64,000 nt of DNA from Limisphaerales bacterium (GTDB taxonomy: Bacteria > Verrucomicrobiota > Verrucomicrobiia > Limisphaerales > AAA164-E04), in NCBI GenBank assembly GCA_965203425.1, contig OZ241891.1, positions 172,247 to 236,246 of the forward strand. The letters run 5' to 3'. This document shows, piece by piece, positions 1 through 10,511 of the stretch (position 1 is its first letter; every line of letters starts with the position of its first letter). The notes beneath the pieces were generated by a model. That model worked only from the letters and a program-made list of their open reading frames with translations. It ran no database searches and was not told where the DNA came from. Position numbers and translations under genes: made by a program.

Positions 1-33
1 GAGAGGGAAGAAGAAGGTCATTGGACGGCGCAT

Positions 34-935
34 CTAATGGTTGTTTTGAGCGAGTTTGTCTGGCTTTGGGTTGTTGGGGTTGTCTTCTAGTTGTTGGCCG
101 ATGTCGGCGATGGTTTTGTGGCCGGCTTTGAAGGCTTCGCTTTTCTCTCCGCATTTCTCTGGCAACTGAACCATGATGAACTTCTGGTTGCCGCCGTCTT
201 CTTTGTTTCGCTTCATCACCGCATGCGCCGTCGGGCAACTGCCCGCAAAGAAATCTAAGACTATATCACCGTCTGCCCTTTTTGGCGGGGCCTTTTTGTC
301 CTAGTTGGCCTACCTTTTGGATTGCTAATCTAAGTGAATCTGTTGACAAAGTTACAAGCGCCGAAGATTTCGTCCATGATTTTGCGCAAGTTATGTTGTT
401 CGTGGTCGTCGATGGAGATGAAGATAGCGCCGTTGTCTGCCAACAGTTGTCGGGCGAGGTAGAGGCGGGGATACATTATAGAAAGCCAGTTGGAATGAAA
501 GCGGCCATCGGAATTCGGATTGGCTATCAGACGGCCTTCCTCGTCGCGCTCGGCGGTTTGCTTGTTCCATTCTTTTTTGGAAATGCGCCAGTTGTCTTTG
601 TAAAGGAAGTCTTTGCCGGTGTTATACGGCGGGTCAATGTAAATGGATTGGATTTTGCCAAAATAAGTTTCCTGCAAAAGTTTGAGCGCGTCCAAGTTGT
701 CACCTTCTAGGAAGAAGTTCGGCGTGGTTTCAAAGTGGACACTCTCGGCGCGGCGAGGAAAGAAGGCTTTGCGGATGGGCTGGTTGGCGGCGAGGAGGGA
801 TTGGCGTTTGCCCGTCCAGTTGAGTTGGTAGCGTTCGGTTGGGCCTTCGATGAGGCAGTCAGAGCGTTCTTGGCGCAGGAGGTCAAAGTCGATGGCGGAT
901 TGGATTTGGCCGTCTTTGGTTTTCGTTTCGGTCAT
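34..935 (-). pseudogene. Remnant of a beta-class (DPPY then FxGxG) DNA methyltransferase, type III Mod-like, with the central region deleted
   Basis: ORF 330..935 (ATG at 935, MTETKTKDGQ...) carries motif IV IYIDPPYNTG and stops at 330. ORF 34..219 plus its in-frame upstream extension to about 280 reads GDIVLDFFAGSCPTAHAVMKRNKEDGGNQKFIMVQLPE. That is a degenerate motif I plus the conserved Mod-type C-terminal tail. Only about 50 nt separate the two pieces, so the target-recognition region is missing. Confidence 0.6.
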
Positions 936-1255
936 GCAGGGGGGGAAAGTGCTGGCGAATGGCGTCGATGAGTTTGTTGGTTTGGGTATGTTCTTGTGCA
1001 TGAGTTGAACAAAAATTGAGATTAGCGGGCAGATGTCGACGGACAATTCTTCCACTGATTTGAGGATGGGACGGACAGCGAGAAAATTCAGTTCAAAGGC
1101 TTTGGCGGTGAATTGGTCTTTATCGGGTCGCCCATAGAGTGGAATCGTCCGCTTCTTGAAAAGTCGGGCAAAAGCCGCCAATGCCGGCGAACATACAGCC
1201 AACGGTTGTTTTTGCTTTCTTCAAATTTTTTCCCATTTGCAAAGCGCAGGCTTTT

Positions 1256-2660
1256 TCAAATGAATCCGCTAAACGCAAATCGTTTTACCTTCTCGGCGGG
1301 TTCATCATGCTTTGCGCTGTAGGCAGAGGAACTTCTTCTTTTGAATGGCGGCATAGTTTTTACCGGAAGGCAGCTTGGGAAAGTCTTTCCTCCATAGAAT
1401 TGGGTTGGAGGAAAGAGGGGTTGGACGTGGGTTTTTTTGGAGAATTCGTAGCTGGAGGGAAGGATGATTCCTTTTTCGCCCATTCCGGCGGCGGCGCGTT
1501 TTTGGGCCATAACTTTGAAGAGCTGGGCAAAGTTGTCGTGGGCGACTTTGGGGTGAATCTCCGCGGGAGAGGGCTTCGAAGAGTTGATCATAGGGGCGGA
1601 GGGCAAGTTTCATTTTGCTGACCATGCCTGACATCGGAGCCAATCATAAAGCGATCGGGATAGCGTTGGATGAGTTTTACCCAGTCTTCGAGGTTGGGCA
1701 GTATGTAATCAGGGAAGACAACCCAAGAGAGATCGATGTAGAGTTGGTCGCCGTAGCGGGCAAGTATCTCATCGATCCAGAAGTGCAGGTTTTTCACAAC
1801 AATGCGCCGGCTAATGCCGGAGTGTCACCAGATGAAGGTTGTCGATTGTTGGCAGTCGCCGTTGCCTGCCCGGCAGTATTCGATAAGTTGGACGAATTCG
1901 TTGAGGTAGTAGGGCAGTTTGACTTCGGTGCTGTTCCGGGAAATTGGAGCGATGTTGTGATGGATCCTGACCGGCAGGTGGTGCTCGCCGGCGAATCGGC
2001 AGACGCGCACTAATACGGGATGGTTGGCAAGAGGGCGTTCGCCGGTGGTGAGGTTTGTGAGGTCGTCGTGCCGAGACATAACTTCGCCGACGGTTTTCCA
2101 TATACCGGGGAATTCCTTGATCCGTTTGATGAGCAGATCAACGGCGCCGAGGTCGGTTGTGCCAAAGCCGCAAAGAGAATGGTGAATTCGGCGCAGCTGG
2201 ATGATTTTGCCGGGATTTTCGGCGTATTTGAGTTGGTAGTCGGCGATGGCAGAGCCGACGGAAACATCGCTGTCGCGAGCGGGCTTGACGCAGGAAGGGC
2301 TGTCGAGATAGTAGCGGGGCCGCATAAAGGGCTCGTTTGCGACCATTTTTTAAGAAAGGGCATGCCGGAGATAAGGGCGTATTTGACTTTGGCGTTATCC
2401 ATGCTTTCGAGCAGCGGCTCAATGCGTCGGCCTCGTTCGCCGTAGGGAAGCGAAACAAATCGGCCGGTTTCTGCCTGCTTGCCGTAAGGGCCGCCGGGAA
2501 ACTTCCCGTCGGTGTTGAGGAACTCTCCGTTTTGAAGAAAGTCCAGCAGATGCACGTGGGCGTCGGCATATCGTTCCACCAGCCGAGCGTCGTTTTTGGG
2601 CGCGCTCCGGTTGGTTGGAATGATGTCGGATTGAACGAGGATTCTTCTTCCTATTATCAT
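1256..2660 (-). pseudogene. Metal-dependent amidohydrolase (TIM-barrel, HxH motif) carrying several frameshifts and an in-frame stop
   Basis: The N-terminal piece (frame of 2010..2660) has ADAHVHLLDF. The reading continues in another frame after an A6 run at 2346-2351 (LKK/MVANEPFMRPRYYLD). An in-frame TGA at 1825-1827 interrupts TTFIW*HSGISRR. Near 1560-1640 the sensible reading DRFMIGSDV / SGMVSKMKLALRPYDQLFEALS / PAEIHPKVAHDNFAQLF needs two more frame changes. Confidence 0.7.
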
Positions 2661-2699
2661 GGAGTCTTTTCGTTTCCATTATCTCGATCTTCTGTAAAG

Positions 2700-3077
2700 A
2701 TGGGGGCGGTGGTTTCCCCTTCGGATTGTGTGGCTCTTGGCGATACTTCGGGGTGGGTGATTGCTAATGTCTATGAGAATAATCGCGGTCGGATTCCTTG
2801 GGGAGTAAATTCTCCTTTTCTTTCTCCTATTGCTCGTATTGGAGTAGTTCCTCGTTATTCTTTCTATTTGACGCGTCGGCATTATGGCAATGCGAATATT
2901 GCCTTTTTGGATGGGCATGTGGAGCATGGGAGTTTGCGGGATTGGACGTTGCCGATTGAGCCAGTTCATCGCCGTTGGCATTACGATGGCAAGGCGCATT
3001 TGGATCGCTTGGTTTATCGAGATGCGGAGAATTGGGCGACTCTTCGGGGCATGGATGAAGAAATCCCGGATGATTGA
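2700..3077 (+). pseudogene. C-terminal fragment of an H-X9-DG (DUF1559-type, prepilin-like) protein lacking the N-terminal prepilin signal
   Basis: The translation contains RRHYGNANIAFLDGHVEH, an exact H-x9-DG spacing. Only about 125 codons are readable from ATG 2700. The upstream part of the 2337..3077 ORF is antisense to the amidohydrolase remnant. Confidence 0.5.
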
Positions 3078-3975
3078 TTTGTCGTCTTCCTGCTCTTCTT
3101 TCTTAAATCTGGTTTTTCCAAAACGGGCCGGTCAAGCCGTTCTGAGTGCGTTGTCGTTGTTTTTCCCTCTTTTAGCGGGAATTTCCTATTCCTTTTTCGC
3201 CATCTTTCCTGTTGGCTATTAATCTTCGGGGCGGTTAGTTTTTGGCCACTGGCGTTTTGCCTCTTTGATGCCTGCTTGGATCGCTTTGGAAATCTCTCTT
3301 TTTGTTTTGGATCTATCGTTTCCTTGGATCCATATTTTGTGATTGTACGGTGCAGTTTTTTTTCTATGGCTTTAAGCAAGTTTTCAATTTTCTTTGCGGT
3401 GTTGGTATTCGGAATGCAAGTGCAGAGGCTTTGGGAGGTGGGTTTTTGGGATTTCTGGAGAAAAATGCTTAACATGAAGTTGACATAACACGACAAGAAC
3501 CTTGTTTGCGCGTGTTGTGTCTTTATCTCATCTAGCAATTTGTCGAGACGATTGAGCTGCTTTCAAAATCTCTCAGATTTCTTCTTCTTGGATTCTATCT
3601 TCCACGAATAGCTTGAGGTCGTTTAGTGCGCTGTTGGGTTTGTCGGCTTCTGTCCCCAATTTGGTTTCATCGTCTGGTACCGGGTAGGCCGGCGATTCGT
3701 TTTCGTTGATGATTTTCAAGCCGGATTTTCGCTGTTCTTTTGTCATGGCTGGCGTTGTGTTGTTTTTAGGATGCGCTTGGCTAGCGGTGGTGAATGCGGA
3801 AATTTTTGGATTTTTTTCTTGTGTTGCGGCGGCGGTTGGCTAAATTATGGGTGTGTTCTTTGTTTACCGGGATCGGCGTTTGTGGGTTGTTCGTTGTTCC
3901 GTCGTTTTCTGGTTTACTGAGTTCATAAACAGCTCTTAGCTTGTTTTTCGGTTAATCTTTTTCTGGCTAAGGGCG

Positions 3976-4013
3976 CCTCGCCTTGACCTGACCGTGTTGG
4001 GGCGAGGTTTTTT
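3976..4013 (+). terminator. Rho-independent terminator-like hairpin with no convincing upstream plus-strand gene
   Basis: cctcgcc (3976-3982) pairs with ggcgagg (4001-4007) and is followed by tttttt (4008-4013). The reverse orientation has no T-tract. Confidence 0.4.
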
Positions 4014-4119
4014 GTTTGGTAGCGAAGAACTGAGGGCTTTTTTGGAATCTCGTTTCTTGGGAATTGTTTGGCGGAATTTTTGAGAGAGGTTGGGGAGGGT
4101 GCGTGTTTGTTTTGGCGGG

Positions 4120-4359
4120 TTAATCTAGGTGGTTGTGGGATCCGTCGCAGAAGGGTGTTTTTTTCGAGTGTTTGCAGGCGCACCAAGCGATAGAGCGGGT
4201 TTCGGTGATTTCTACTTTCTTCGGCGTCATTGTTGTTCCTTGGTGGGATCCATCGCAGAAGGGTTGGTTGGCGGAGCGTCCGCAGGCGCACCACCAATAG
4301 ACGCCGGGCGCAGTTGGGCGAACGATAGGAGACTTTTGAAAGATTTTCGGGGTTGCCAT
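4120..4359 (-). CDS. CDGSH-type iron-sulfur domain protein (two CDGSH motifs)
   Basis: From ATG 4359: MATPKIF...WWCACGRSANQPFCDGSHQG...IAWCACKHSKKTPFCDGSHNHLD, with two C-x-C-x(n)-CDGSH motifs. Confidence 0.85.
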   Translation of the reverse strand: MATPKIFQKSPIVRPTAPGVYWWCACGRSANQPFCDGSHQGTTMTPKKVEITETRSIAWCACKHSKKTPFCDGSHNHLD

Positions 4360-4549
4360 AATTTTACTGGTTGGGCAAAAACGCGTTTCTGTCGTTTGTT
4401 TTGTGCCGAAGATTATGGACCGCTTGGTCGAAGATTGCAAGGAAAAAAGAGGGGAAGCAATTCCGCTCTCGTTTTTAGCTGAATTCCGGAGTATAAGTTG
4501 GTGATGGGCAAGATGCGTTTGCGCCGGAGGCCGGCGACTGCCTAAAAAG

Positions 4550-5590
4550 ATGCCAATGGTTCCGCATGAAGCAGTTTTTGCCGAGTCTGGATTGGCGTCG
4601 TCTTTGGCGTCTCGCCGGCTGTTGGAAGCTTTTCGCTGGATGTTGACGGCGCGTTTGCTGGATGAGAGATTGGCCGCGATGTATCGCGCCGGCAAAATTC
4701 ACGGCGGCGTGTTTCTCGGCAAGGGGCAGGAAGCGCTCAGCGTGGCGTTGGGGCAAGCCTTGCGTCCTACGGACGTTTACGCGCCTTTGATCCGCGACGG
4801 CGCCGGGCGGCTGGCTTTTGGAGAAACGATTGTAGATGCGCTTCGCACTTGTTTAGGATCTCCCCAAGGGCCTATGCACGCTCGAGATGGGAACGTTCAT
4901 CGCGGCCGTCCCCGCGAGGGATGCCTTCCTATGATCAGCCACCTTGGCGCTATGATTTCGACGGTTGGCGGCATGTTGCTGGCAAAACGAATTCGGGGGG
5001 GAAAAAACGCGGTGGGCGCGACTTGCATTGGCGACGGCGGCGTTTCTACCGGCGCTTTTCACGAAGCGGTGAACTTGGCGGCCGTCGAAAAACTGCCGCT
5101 CGTAGTCGTGATCGCCAACAATCACTACGCTTACTCGACGCCCATCGAAAAACAGTTTGCCGGCAAGTCTTTGGTGGACAAGGCTATTGGCTACGGAGTG
5201 GAGGGATGCTCAGTTGACGGCACAGACTTGGTCGCCTGTTGCAAGGTGGTTCGCGGCGCCGTTGGCCGGGCCCGCGACGGCGCCGGACCGCAGTTAATCG
5301 TGGGAGAACTCCTCCGTCTTTGCGGCCACGGAGAACATGATGACGCTGGCTACATCGATGAAGAGTTGAAAAATTCTCCCGTGGGGAGGGACTGCATGGA
5401 AGTCGCCGCGCAGAAACTCATGGAAATGGGCATCATTAAGCCGGACACCGTCCGAGAATTCAAAGCGGCGATTGCTCAAGAAATAGAAACAGCGGTTCAA
5501 CTCGTTGAGAGGGAAGGGGGGCCGGATCCTTTTTCCCACGATTGGTGCGCTTTGGCGACGCGAAGTTTGGCCGATCCGCCGCTGTTGTGA
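4550..5590 (+). CDS. Thiamine-diphosphate-dependent 2-oxoacid (pyruvate/branched-chain) dehydrogenase E1 alpha subunit
   Basis: 346 aa with E1-alpha hallmarks (GDGGVSTGAFHEAVNLAAVEKLPLVVVIANNHYAYSTP, CGHGEHDD). It is followed by the E1 beta and E2 genes. Confidence 0.9.
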   Translation: MPMVPHEAVFAESGLASSLASRRLLEAFRWMLTARLLDERLAAMYRAGKIHGGVFLGKGQEALSVALGQALRPTDVYAPLIRDGAGRLAFGETIVDALRTCLGSPQGPMHARDGNVHRGRPREGCLPMISHLGAMISTVGGMLLAKRIRGGKNAVGATCIGDGGVSTGAFHEAVNLAAVEKLPLVVVIANNHYAYSTPIEKQFAGKSLVDKAIGYGVEGCSVDGTDLVACCKVVRGAVGRARDGAGPQLIVGELLRLCGHGEHDDAGYIDEELKNSPVGRDCMEVAAQKLMEMGIIKPDTVREFKAAIAQEIETAVQLVEREGGPDPFSHDWCALATRSLADPPLL

Positions 5591-5631
5591 ACGCCGAAAT
5601 TCGCCACTTTGTCGCCTGAATCTGACAGACA

Positions 5632-6597
5632 ATGCCGCTCACTTACCTCAACGCCATTCGCGAAGCGCAATATTATCTGTTGAAGACGGACCCGCGCGTG
5701 CTGATCTATGGGCAGGACGTCGGCCGGTTTGGCGGCGCGTTTAAGGCGACCAAAGGCTTGGCCGAGATGTTTCCCGATCGGGTTCTAGATGCGCCGATCA
5801 GCGAGGACGCCATTGTGGGAACCGCCATCGGAGCGGCCGTCGAGGGATTGAGGCCCATTATCGAGATGCAGTTTGCAGATTTCTCGACAGTTGGCTTCAA
5901 TCAGATCGTCAACCATGCAGGCGCCTTTTTCTGGCGGACAAACGTTCCCGTGCCTATCACTGTTCGCCTGCCCAGCGGCGGCACTTCCGGCGGCGGTCCT
6001 TTCCATTCCCAAAGCCTGGAAGCCGTTTACGCCCACTATCCGGGGTTGATTGTGATGACGCCGGCCACGGTTGAAGACGCCTACGCCATGTTGCTGGAAG
6101 CAGTAAAGATTGACGATCCTGTGATCTTTTGCGAGCATAAATACCTTTACTATCACTTGAAGGCCGACGCGTTGCCTTCTGAATCTCTGCCGGCCGGAAA
6201 AGCCCGTGTCGCCCGCGTCGGCCGCGATATGACCGTTGTAACTTACAGCGCCATGCTTCACGAAGTCTTCGAAGCCGCAGACGAGCTGGCCAACGAAGAC
6301 ATCCAATTGGAAATTATCGACCTGCGCACCGTGAAACCCTTGGACACCGACACCGTAATGGCCTCCGTCGCTCGAACTGGGCGGCTCCTTTGTGTTGCCG
6401 AAGCGTGGCCTTGGGGAGGAGTCGCCGCCGAAGTTGTCGCTCGAATCGCCGCCGAAGGATTTCACCTTCTGGACGCTCCCCCGATGCGGGTAAACGCCAA
6501 AGACACGCCGATCCCCTATCATCCGGATCTCTGGTCCGTCCATCGTCCCACGGCTCGAAGCATCCTCCTTGCCGTCCGAAACCTTTTGCGAATCTAA
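5632..6597 (+). CDS. 2-oxoacid dehydrogenase E1 beta subunit
   Basis: 321 aa with a transketolase-like pyrimidine-binding and C-terminal domain pattern (VLDAPISEDAIVGTAIGAA, IEMQFADF, IDLRTVKPLD). Confidence 0.9.
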   Translation: MPLTYLNAIREAQYYLLKTDPRVLIYGQDVGRFGGAFKATKGLAEMFPDRVLDAPISEDAIVGTAIGAAVEGLRPIIEMQFADFSTVGFNQIVNHAGAFFWRTNVPVPITVRLPSGGTSGGGPFHSQSLEAVYAHYPGLIVMTPATVEDAYAMLLEAVKIDDPVIFCEHKYLYYHLKADALPSESLPAGKARVARVGRDMTVVTYSAMLHEVFEAADELANEDIQLEIIDLRTVKPLDTDTVMASVARTGRLLCVAEAWPWGGVAAEVVARIAAEGFHLLDAPPMRVNAKDTPIPYHPDLWSVHRPTARSILLAVRNLLRI

Positions 6598-6616
6598 TCC
6601 CGACAACCAATTGCCC

Positions 6617-7828
6617 ATGCAACGCGTTCCCATTGTCATGCCGCAACTCGGCGAGTCCATCGCCGAAGCCACCGTCATCGAATTTTTGGCCGCCGAAGGC
6701 GACTTCGTCAAAGCAGGCCAAGACATTATTGAAGTCGAAACCAACAAAGCCGCCATGAACGTCACCGCCTCGGACTCCGGCCTCCTCAAGGAATACACGG
6801 CGACCGTCGACGAAAGCTACGCCGTGGGCGCCATCCTCGGCTACATCGAAATCGGTTCGGAAAGCTCGGAATCCTCCGGCGCCGACAAAGACCAATCGGC
6901 CGGCTTTTTCCGCTCTAAATCCGCGCCGCAATCGCCCGCCGCGCCAAACAAAAGCGGAGGAAACGTTCCCCGAGAAGTGAAGCCCACCGTTGGCAATCTT
7001 CCCGTGCCTGCCGAAAGCCTTGGCGTCTCCTACCTCTCTCCCCGTCTCAAAGCCCGCATGCAAGAGTTGGGACTTCGCAGTGCAGACCTCGCCGGCATCG
7101 CCGGATCCGGCGCCGGCGGCCGCGTCACCATTCAAGACTTTGAAAAATTTATCGCTGAACTGGAACAAACCAAACTCAGCGAAGCCTCCACCATGCGCGT
7201 TGCCGTGGCGGACGCAATGCGCCGCAGTTGGACTCGTCCGCTGGTCACCGCCGGCCTGCCCGTCGTTTTGGACAGCCTCCTCCAACACCGCAAAACTCTT
7301 GTCCCTTGCCCCGGCCCCGCTCTTTACGCCATCCGCGCTTTGGCACTGGCTCTGCGCGAAAACAGCACGCCCGCAGGCCGGCTTATCGGACGCAACATCG
7401 CCCATCCATCAGACATCGACATCGGCTTCGCCGTTGAAGCCGAAGATGGCGTCCTCGTCCCCATCCTGCGCCAAGCCGACAAACAACCGCTCGCCGAAAT
7501 GACGCCGCGCTACCAAGAACTCGTCCACCAAGCCAGAGAACGACGCCTTTCATCCCAATCTATCGGAGGTTCCATCGCCACCGTCACTAACTTCGGAACC
7601 TTCGGCCTCACATGGGCTACGCCCATCCCCCTGCCCGAACAAACCCTTGTCCTCGGCATGGGCGCCGGACGCAAACAACCCGTCTGGGACGAAGAAACCG
7701 GCGGATTCGTTCCCCAAACCGAAGCCTGCCTCACACTCAGCTTCGATCACCGAGTCATCGACGGCGGCGCCGCAGGCCGACTCCTTTCCAAAATTGCCGA
7801 ACTCATGTCCCAACCAGAGACACTCTAA
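6617..7828 (+). CDS. Dihydrolipoamide acyltransferase E2 component
   Basis: Lipoyl domain (IEVETNKAAMNVTA), E3/E1-binding domain (LSPRLKARMQELGLRSADLAGIAGSGAGGRVTIQDF) and catalytic motif SFDHRVIDGG. ATG 6617 (MQRVPIVMPQLGES) is preferred over the 6569 start, which overlaps E1 beta. Confidence 0.9.
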   Translation: MQRVPIVMPQLGESIAEATVIEFLAAEGDFVKAGQDIIEVETNKAAMNVTASDSGLLKEYTATVDESYAVGAILGYIEIGSESSESSGADKDQSAGFFRSKSAPQSPAAPNKSGGNVPREVKPTVGNLPVPAESLGVSYLSPRLKARMQELGLRSADLAGIAGSGAGGRVTIQDFEKFIAELEQTKLSEASTMRVAVADAMRRSWTRPLVTAGLPVVLDSLLQHRKTLVPCPGPALYAIRALALALRENSTPAGRLIGRNIAHPSDIDIGFAVEAEDGVLVPILRQADKQPLAEMTPRYQELVHQARERRLSSQSIGGSIATVTNFGTFGLTWATPIPLPEQTLVLGMGAGRKQPVWDEETGGFVPQTEACLTLSFDHRVIDGGAAGRLLSKIAELMSQPETL

Positions 7829-7936
7829 AACATCCAAGAACACTACTCATCACCAACCTCTAACTACACTGATGTCTTTTCTAGAAAAAGATTAGCAATT
7901 CCACGAATCTAACAACACTAGTCGAAAAGAAAAACT

Positions 7937-8332
7937 ATGAGCATGGATCAGATGAACCACTACCAGCGCAAGTTAGTTTACGAAATGGATTCGGCGGATC
8001 TCTACGTGGCTTTGGGTGAGAACGAACCCATCGTCATCGTCGATGGTCGTTCTGACGAAGCCTATACCGAAGAGCGTATTCCGGGCGCGATCAATCTGCC
8101 CCACAAGGCGATCTGTTCCAATTCTGTCGAGTCGCTCGACTCGTCCAAGGTCTATGTCTGCTACTGCGATGGCATCGGTTGCAACGCCTCGACAAAAACG
8201 GCACTGAAACTGCTGACGCTGGGCTATCAAGTGCACGAATTGATCGGCGGGCTCGACTGGTGGAAGCGAGATGGCTACGCCACGGAAGGCGATCGTGCGC
8301 AGCCGGGGATCGAGATTGGATGCGGATGCTAA
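7937..8332 (+). CDS. Rhodanese-like sulfurtransferase domain protein
   Basis: 131 aa with IPGAINLP and the active-site loop CYCDGIGCNAS typical of single-domain rhodaneses. Confidence 0.8.
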   Translation: MSMDQMNHYQRKLVYEMDSADLYVALGENEPIVIVDGRSDEAYTEERIPGAINLPHKAICSNSVESLDSSKVYVCYCDGIGCNASTKTALKLLTLGYQVHELIGGLDWWKRDGYATEGDRAQPGIEIGCGC

Positions 8333-8386
8333 GTCAGTGCGCGCGGGACTGAACCGAAGGGGAGCGCGCTAAGATGGCACTGGAAA

Positions 8387-8605
8387 TTGCGAACGGAATG
8401 CGAGAGATGCCACGTGCCGCTGACGCACATGGCAAAGGCATTTATCTGTTCCTACGAATGCACCTTCTGTCTGAACTGCATGGCTTCAACAGATGCGATC
8501 CGTCCCAATTGCTGTGGCGAGTTGGTCTGGCGTCCGACCCGATGGCTCAGTAGCGATCCAGACGCCGGAAACTCCTTGCGCCCGCCTCAGCATGACATGT
8601 CTTAA
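8387..8605 (+). CDS. DUF1272-like Cys-rich zinc-ribbon protein
   Basis: RTECERCHVPL...ICSYECTFCLNCM...RPNCCGELVWRPTR matches the DUF1272 cysteine pattern as I remember it. The start is TTG 8387; see the finding on the out-of-frame ATG at 8373. Confidence 0.6.
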   Translation: MRTECERCHVPLTHMAKAFICSYECTFCLNCMASTDAIRPNCCGELVWRPTRWLSSDPDAGNSLRPPQHDMS

Positions 8606-9112
8606 TTTAATCCATTTAGTCTAACCGCTGGCTAGTTGGCGCAAGGAGCGCAGTTTTCTTTGCGCTTGACAAGCAAAGGCCCTAGCCCACACAAACCGAC
8701 CCCCATGCCAAAAAAGATCATCTAAGCAACTGCATCATTCCATGAAAACCAGTCTCCAACGAAAACCAATGGCGGCAAGACAACCGGCGCCAAGCAAAAA
8801 ACGACAAACAACCAAACAGAAACCTTCATCGAGCTTTTGGATCGCAACCCCCACCAAACCCCGACAACTTGTGAAGAGCGCAGCTCATAATAATCGATCA
8901 ACATCCAACCTAGATGAAACAACAAGAACAACCGCCAATGATCGTCCCGCAAAACCTCAAATGGATCCGAAGAAAACAAATCCAACATAAAAAACATTTG
9001 CAAAAAATGACAACCAACTAATCCTTGGACTTTGCTAACCAAGCGAAGGACGCAACCCCGAACGCAAACCGCTAACTACCTGCTCGCTGGCCAAAGGCGT
9101 GACTAATATCAA

Positions 9113-9385
9113 CTACAGCATCCCGCAAGCCCGATCCGTTTGAATGGGCCACGGCGCCTCCAACGCCACCAACCAGCGAACCACTATCTCCATAAGAATC
9201 ACCGTCAATAAAGCAAACCCGCCCCAATTGGTTTCCAAATAAGACTCGCCACGAACCAACAGTGTCAACGCAAAGGAAAGAAATATGGCCGCTAAAAACC
9301 AGCGAGACAACTGATAAAAGAGCGTGCCCCTACCATAAGCCAAAGCCAGTTTTTCATAAGGATTGTCCCCGTCGCTAAAACCCAA
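9113..9385 (-). CDS. Hypothetical small membrane protein
   Basis: 90-aa ORF with two hydrophobic segments (WFLAAIFLSFALTLLV, GGFALLTVILMEIVV). I recognise no family. Confidence 0.35.
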   Translation of the reverse strand: MGFSDGDNPYEKLALAYGRGTLFYQLSRWFLAAIFLSFALTLLVRGESYLETNWGGFALLTVILMEIVVRWLVALEAPWPIQTDRACGML

Positions 9386-9899
9386 CTTACGTCGGCGCCT
9401 TTCTAATAACTTAAGACGCTTTTTCCCTAGCTTCCTATGCGCAAAGACCGTGTCGCCGCTTGGGGATTCTTATCCCTTGCCCAAACTATCGAAAAGGTAA
9501 TCTACGCCCCCAGCAAAAAATACCAAGCCCAGCCCCAACACGCCGCCAACATTCCACAGTAAAAATCTACCATTGATTTGCCATATTTTTCCGTTTTCTC
9601 CGCCGCGAACTTGGCTGGAAGAAACATGAAAACAGGCCGACAAACATCCACTCAAATGGCGGCGAGCCCATCATTCCCTTCTATCTTCGTTTGGCTACTT
9701 TTCGATTTGAAATATAAGGCGGATTGGCGAGTATTTCCACAATCTAAATTTATCACTCTTTATGAAACAAAAAAACTCCGCTTGGAAAATCCCAAAGCGA
9801 GATTGATCTTGAAAAACGAGGCCGATTTCAACGAAGCCAAAACTCAAACCACTAGCCATGCACTGCTAGCCGCTATTTGCCGGTCAATCTTTTAGAAAA

Positions 9900-10511
9900 A
9901 TGGCAAGCGAGCAGGAAAGCGAGGAAGTCCAGCGTTTCAAGGCGACGCGAGAAAAAGCCGAGCAAGGAGATGCCAGAGCGCAATTCAGACTTAGCGAGAT
10001 GTATTCTAAAGGCGAAGGCGTGCCTCCGAATTATGTAGAAGCGGTAAAGTGGTCTGGAAAGGCGCGAAAGACGGCCGAAGAAGGGGATGCCGAGACGCAA
10101 TTCAAGATTGGCGTGATGTATCACAAAATGAAGGATTACGATAAAGCGGCGAGGTGGTATGAGATGGCGGCCGAGCAAGGGCATGCCAAGACGCAAAGGG
10201 AACTTGGCTGTATGTATGCCAACGGCGAAGGCGTGCGGCAGAATTATGACAAAGCGGCAAAATGGCTTTGGAAAAGGCAAGACAAAGACAAGTCGCCGCA
10301 ACTTGTGATTGGCGCGCTGTATTTATTCGGCAGCCGCGTACGGAAGGATGATGTTGAGGCCTACGCTTGGTTTCTCTTGTCAAAAGAAAATGGAGACGAA
10401 AAATCATTCAGAGAACTGATTTCCTCCATCGAAGAGGATCTCACGGCGGAGCAGATTAAGAAAGGGAAAGAGCGGGCGGCGGAACTGCCTCGCTTGATTG
10501 TCGCAAAATGA
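9900..10511 (+). CDS. Sel1-like repeat (SLR/TPR-like) protein
   Basis: Repeated units of the form GDAxAQFxLGxMYxxGEGVxxNYxxAxKW, at least 4 copies. Confidence 0.85.
   Translation: MASEQESEEVQRFKATREKAEQGDARAQFRLSEMYSKGEGVPPNYVEAVKWSGKARKTAEEGDAETQFKIGVMYHKMKDYDKAARWYEMAAEQGHAKTQRELGCMYANGEGVRQNYDKAAKWLWKRQDKDKSPQLVIGALYLFGSRVRKDDVEAYAWFLLSKENGDEKSFRELISSIEEDLTAEQIKKGKERAAELPRLIVAK

Noticed and set aside
3014-3538. 174-aa Lys/Ser/Thr-rich minus-strand ORF
   Set aside because: The composition is low-complexity with no hydrophobic core pattern, and the ORF arises from a T-rich plus strand. It is not convincing as a gene.
5785-7405. Long minus-strand ORFs (337 and 363 aa) antisense to the E1 beta and E2 genes
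   Set aside because: Their translations are Gly/Arg/Ala-rich with no motifs, while the plus-strand genes carry unmistakable E1/E2 signatures. They are shadow ORFs of GC-rich coding sequence.
8610-9110. Overlapping ORFs 8722..9042 (-) and 8742..8990 (+)
   Set aside because: The plus-strand product is a basic low-complexity peptide. The minus-strand product is hydrophobic but has no recognisable family or clear start context. The evidence is insufficient to call either.
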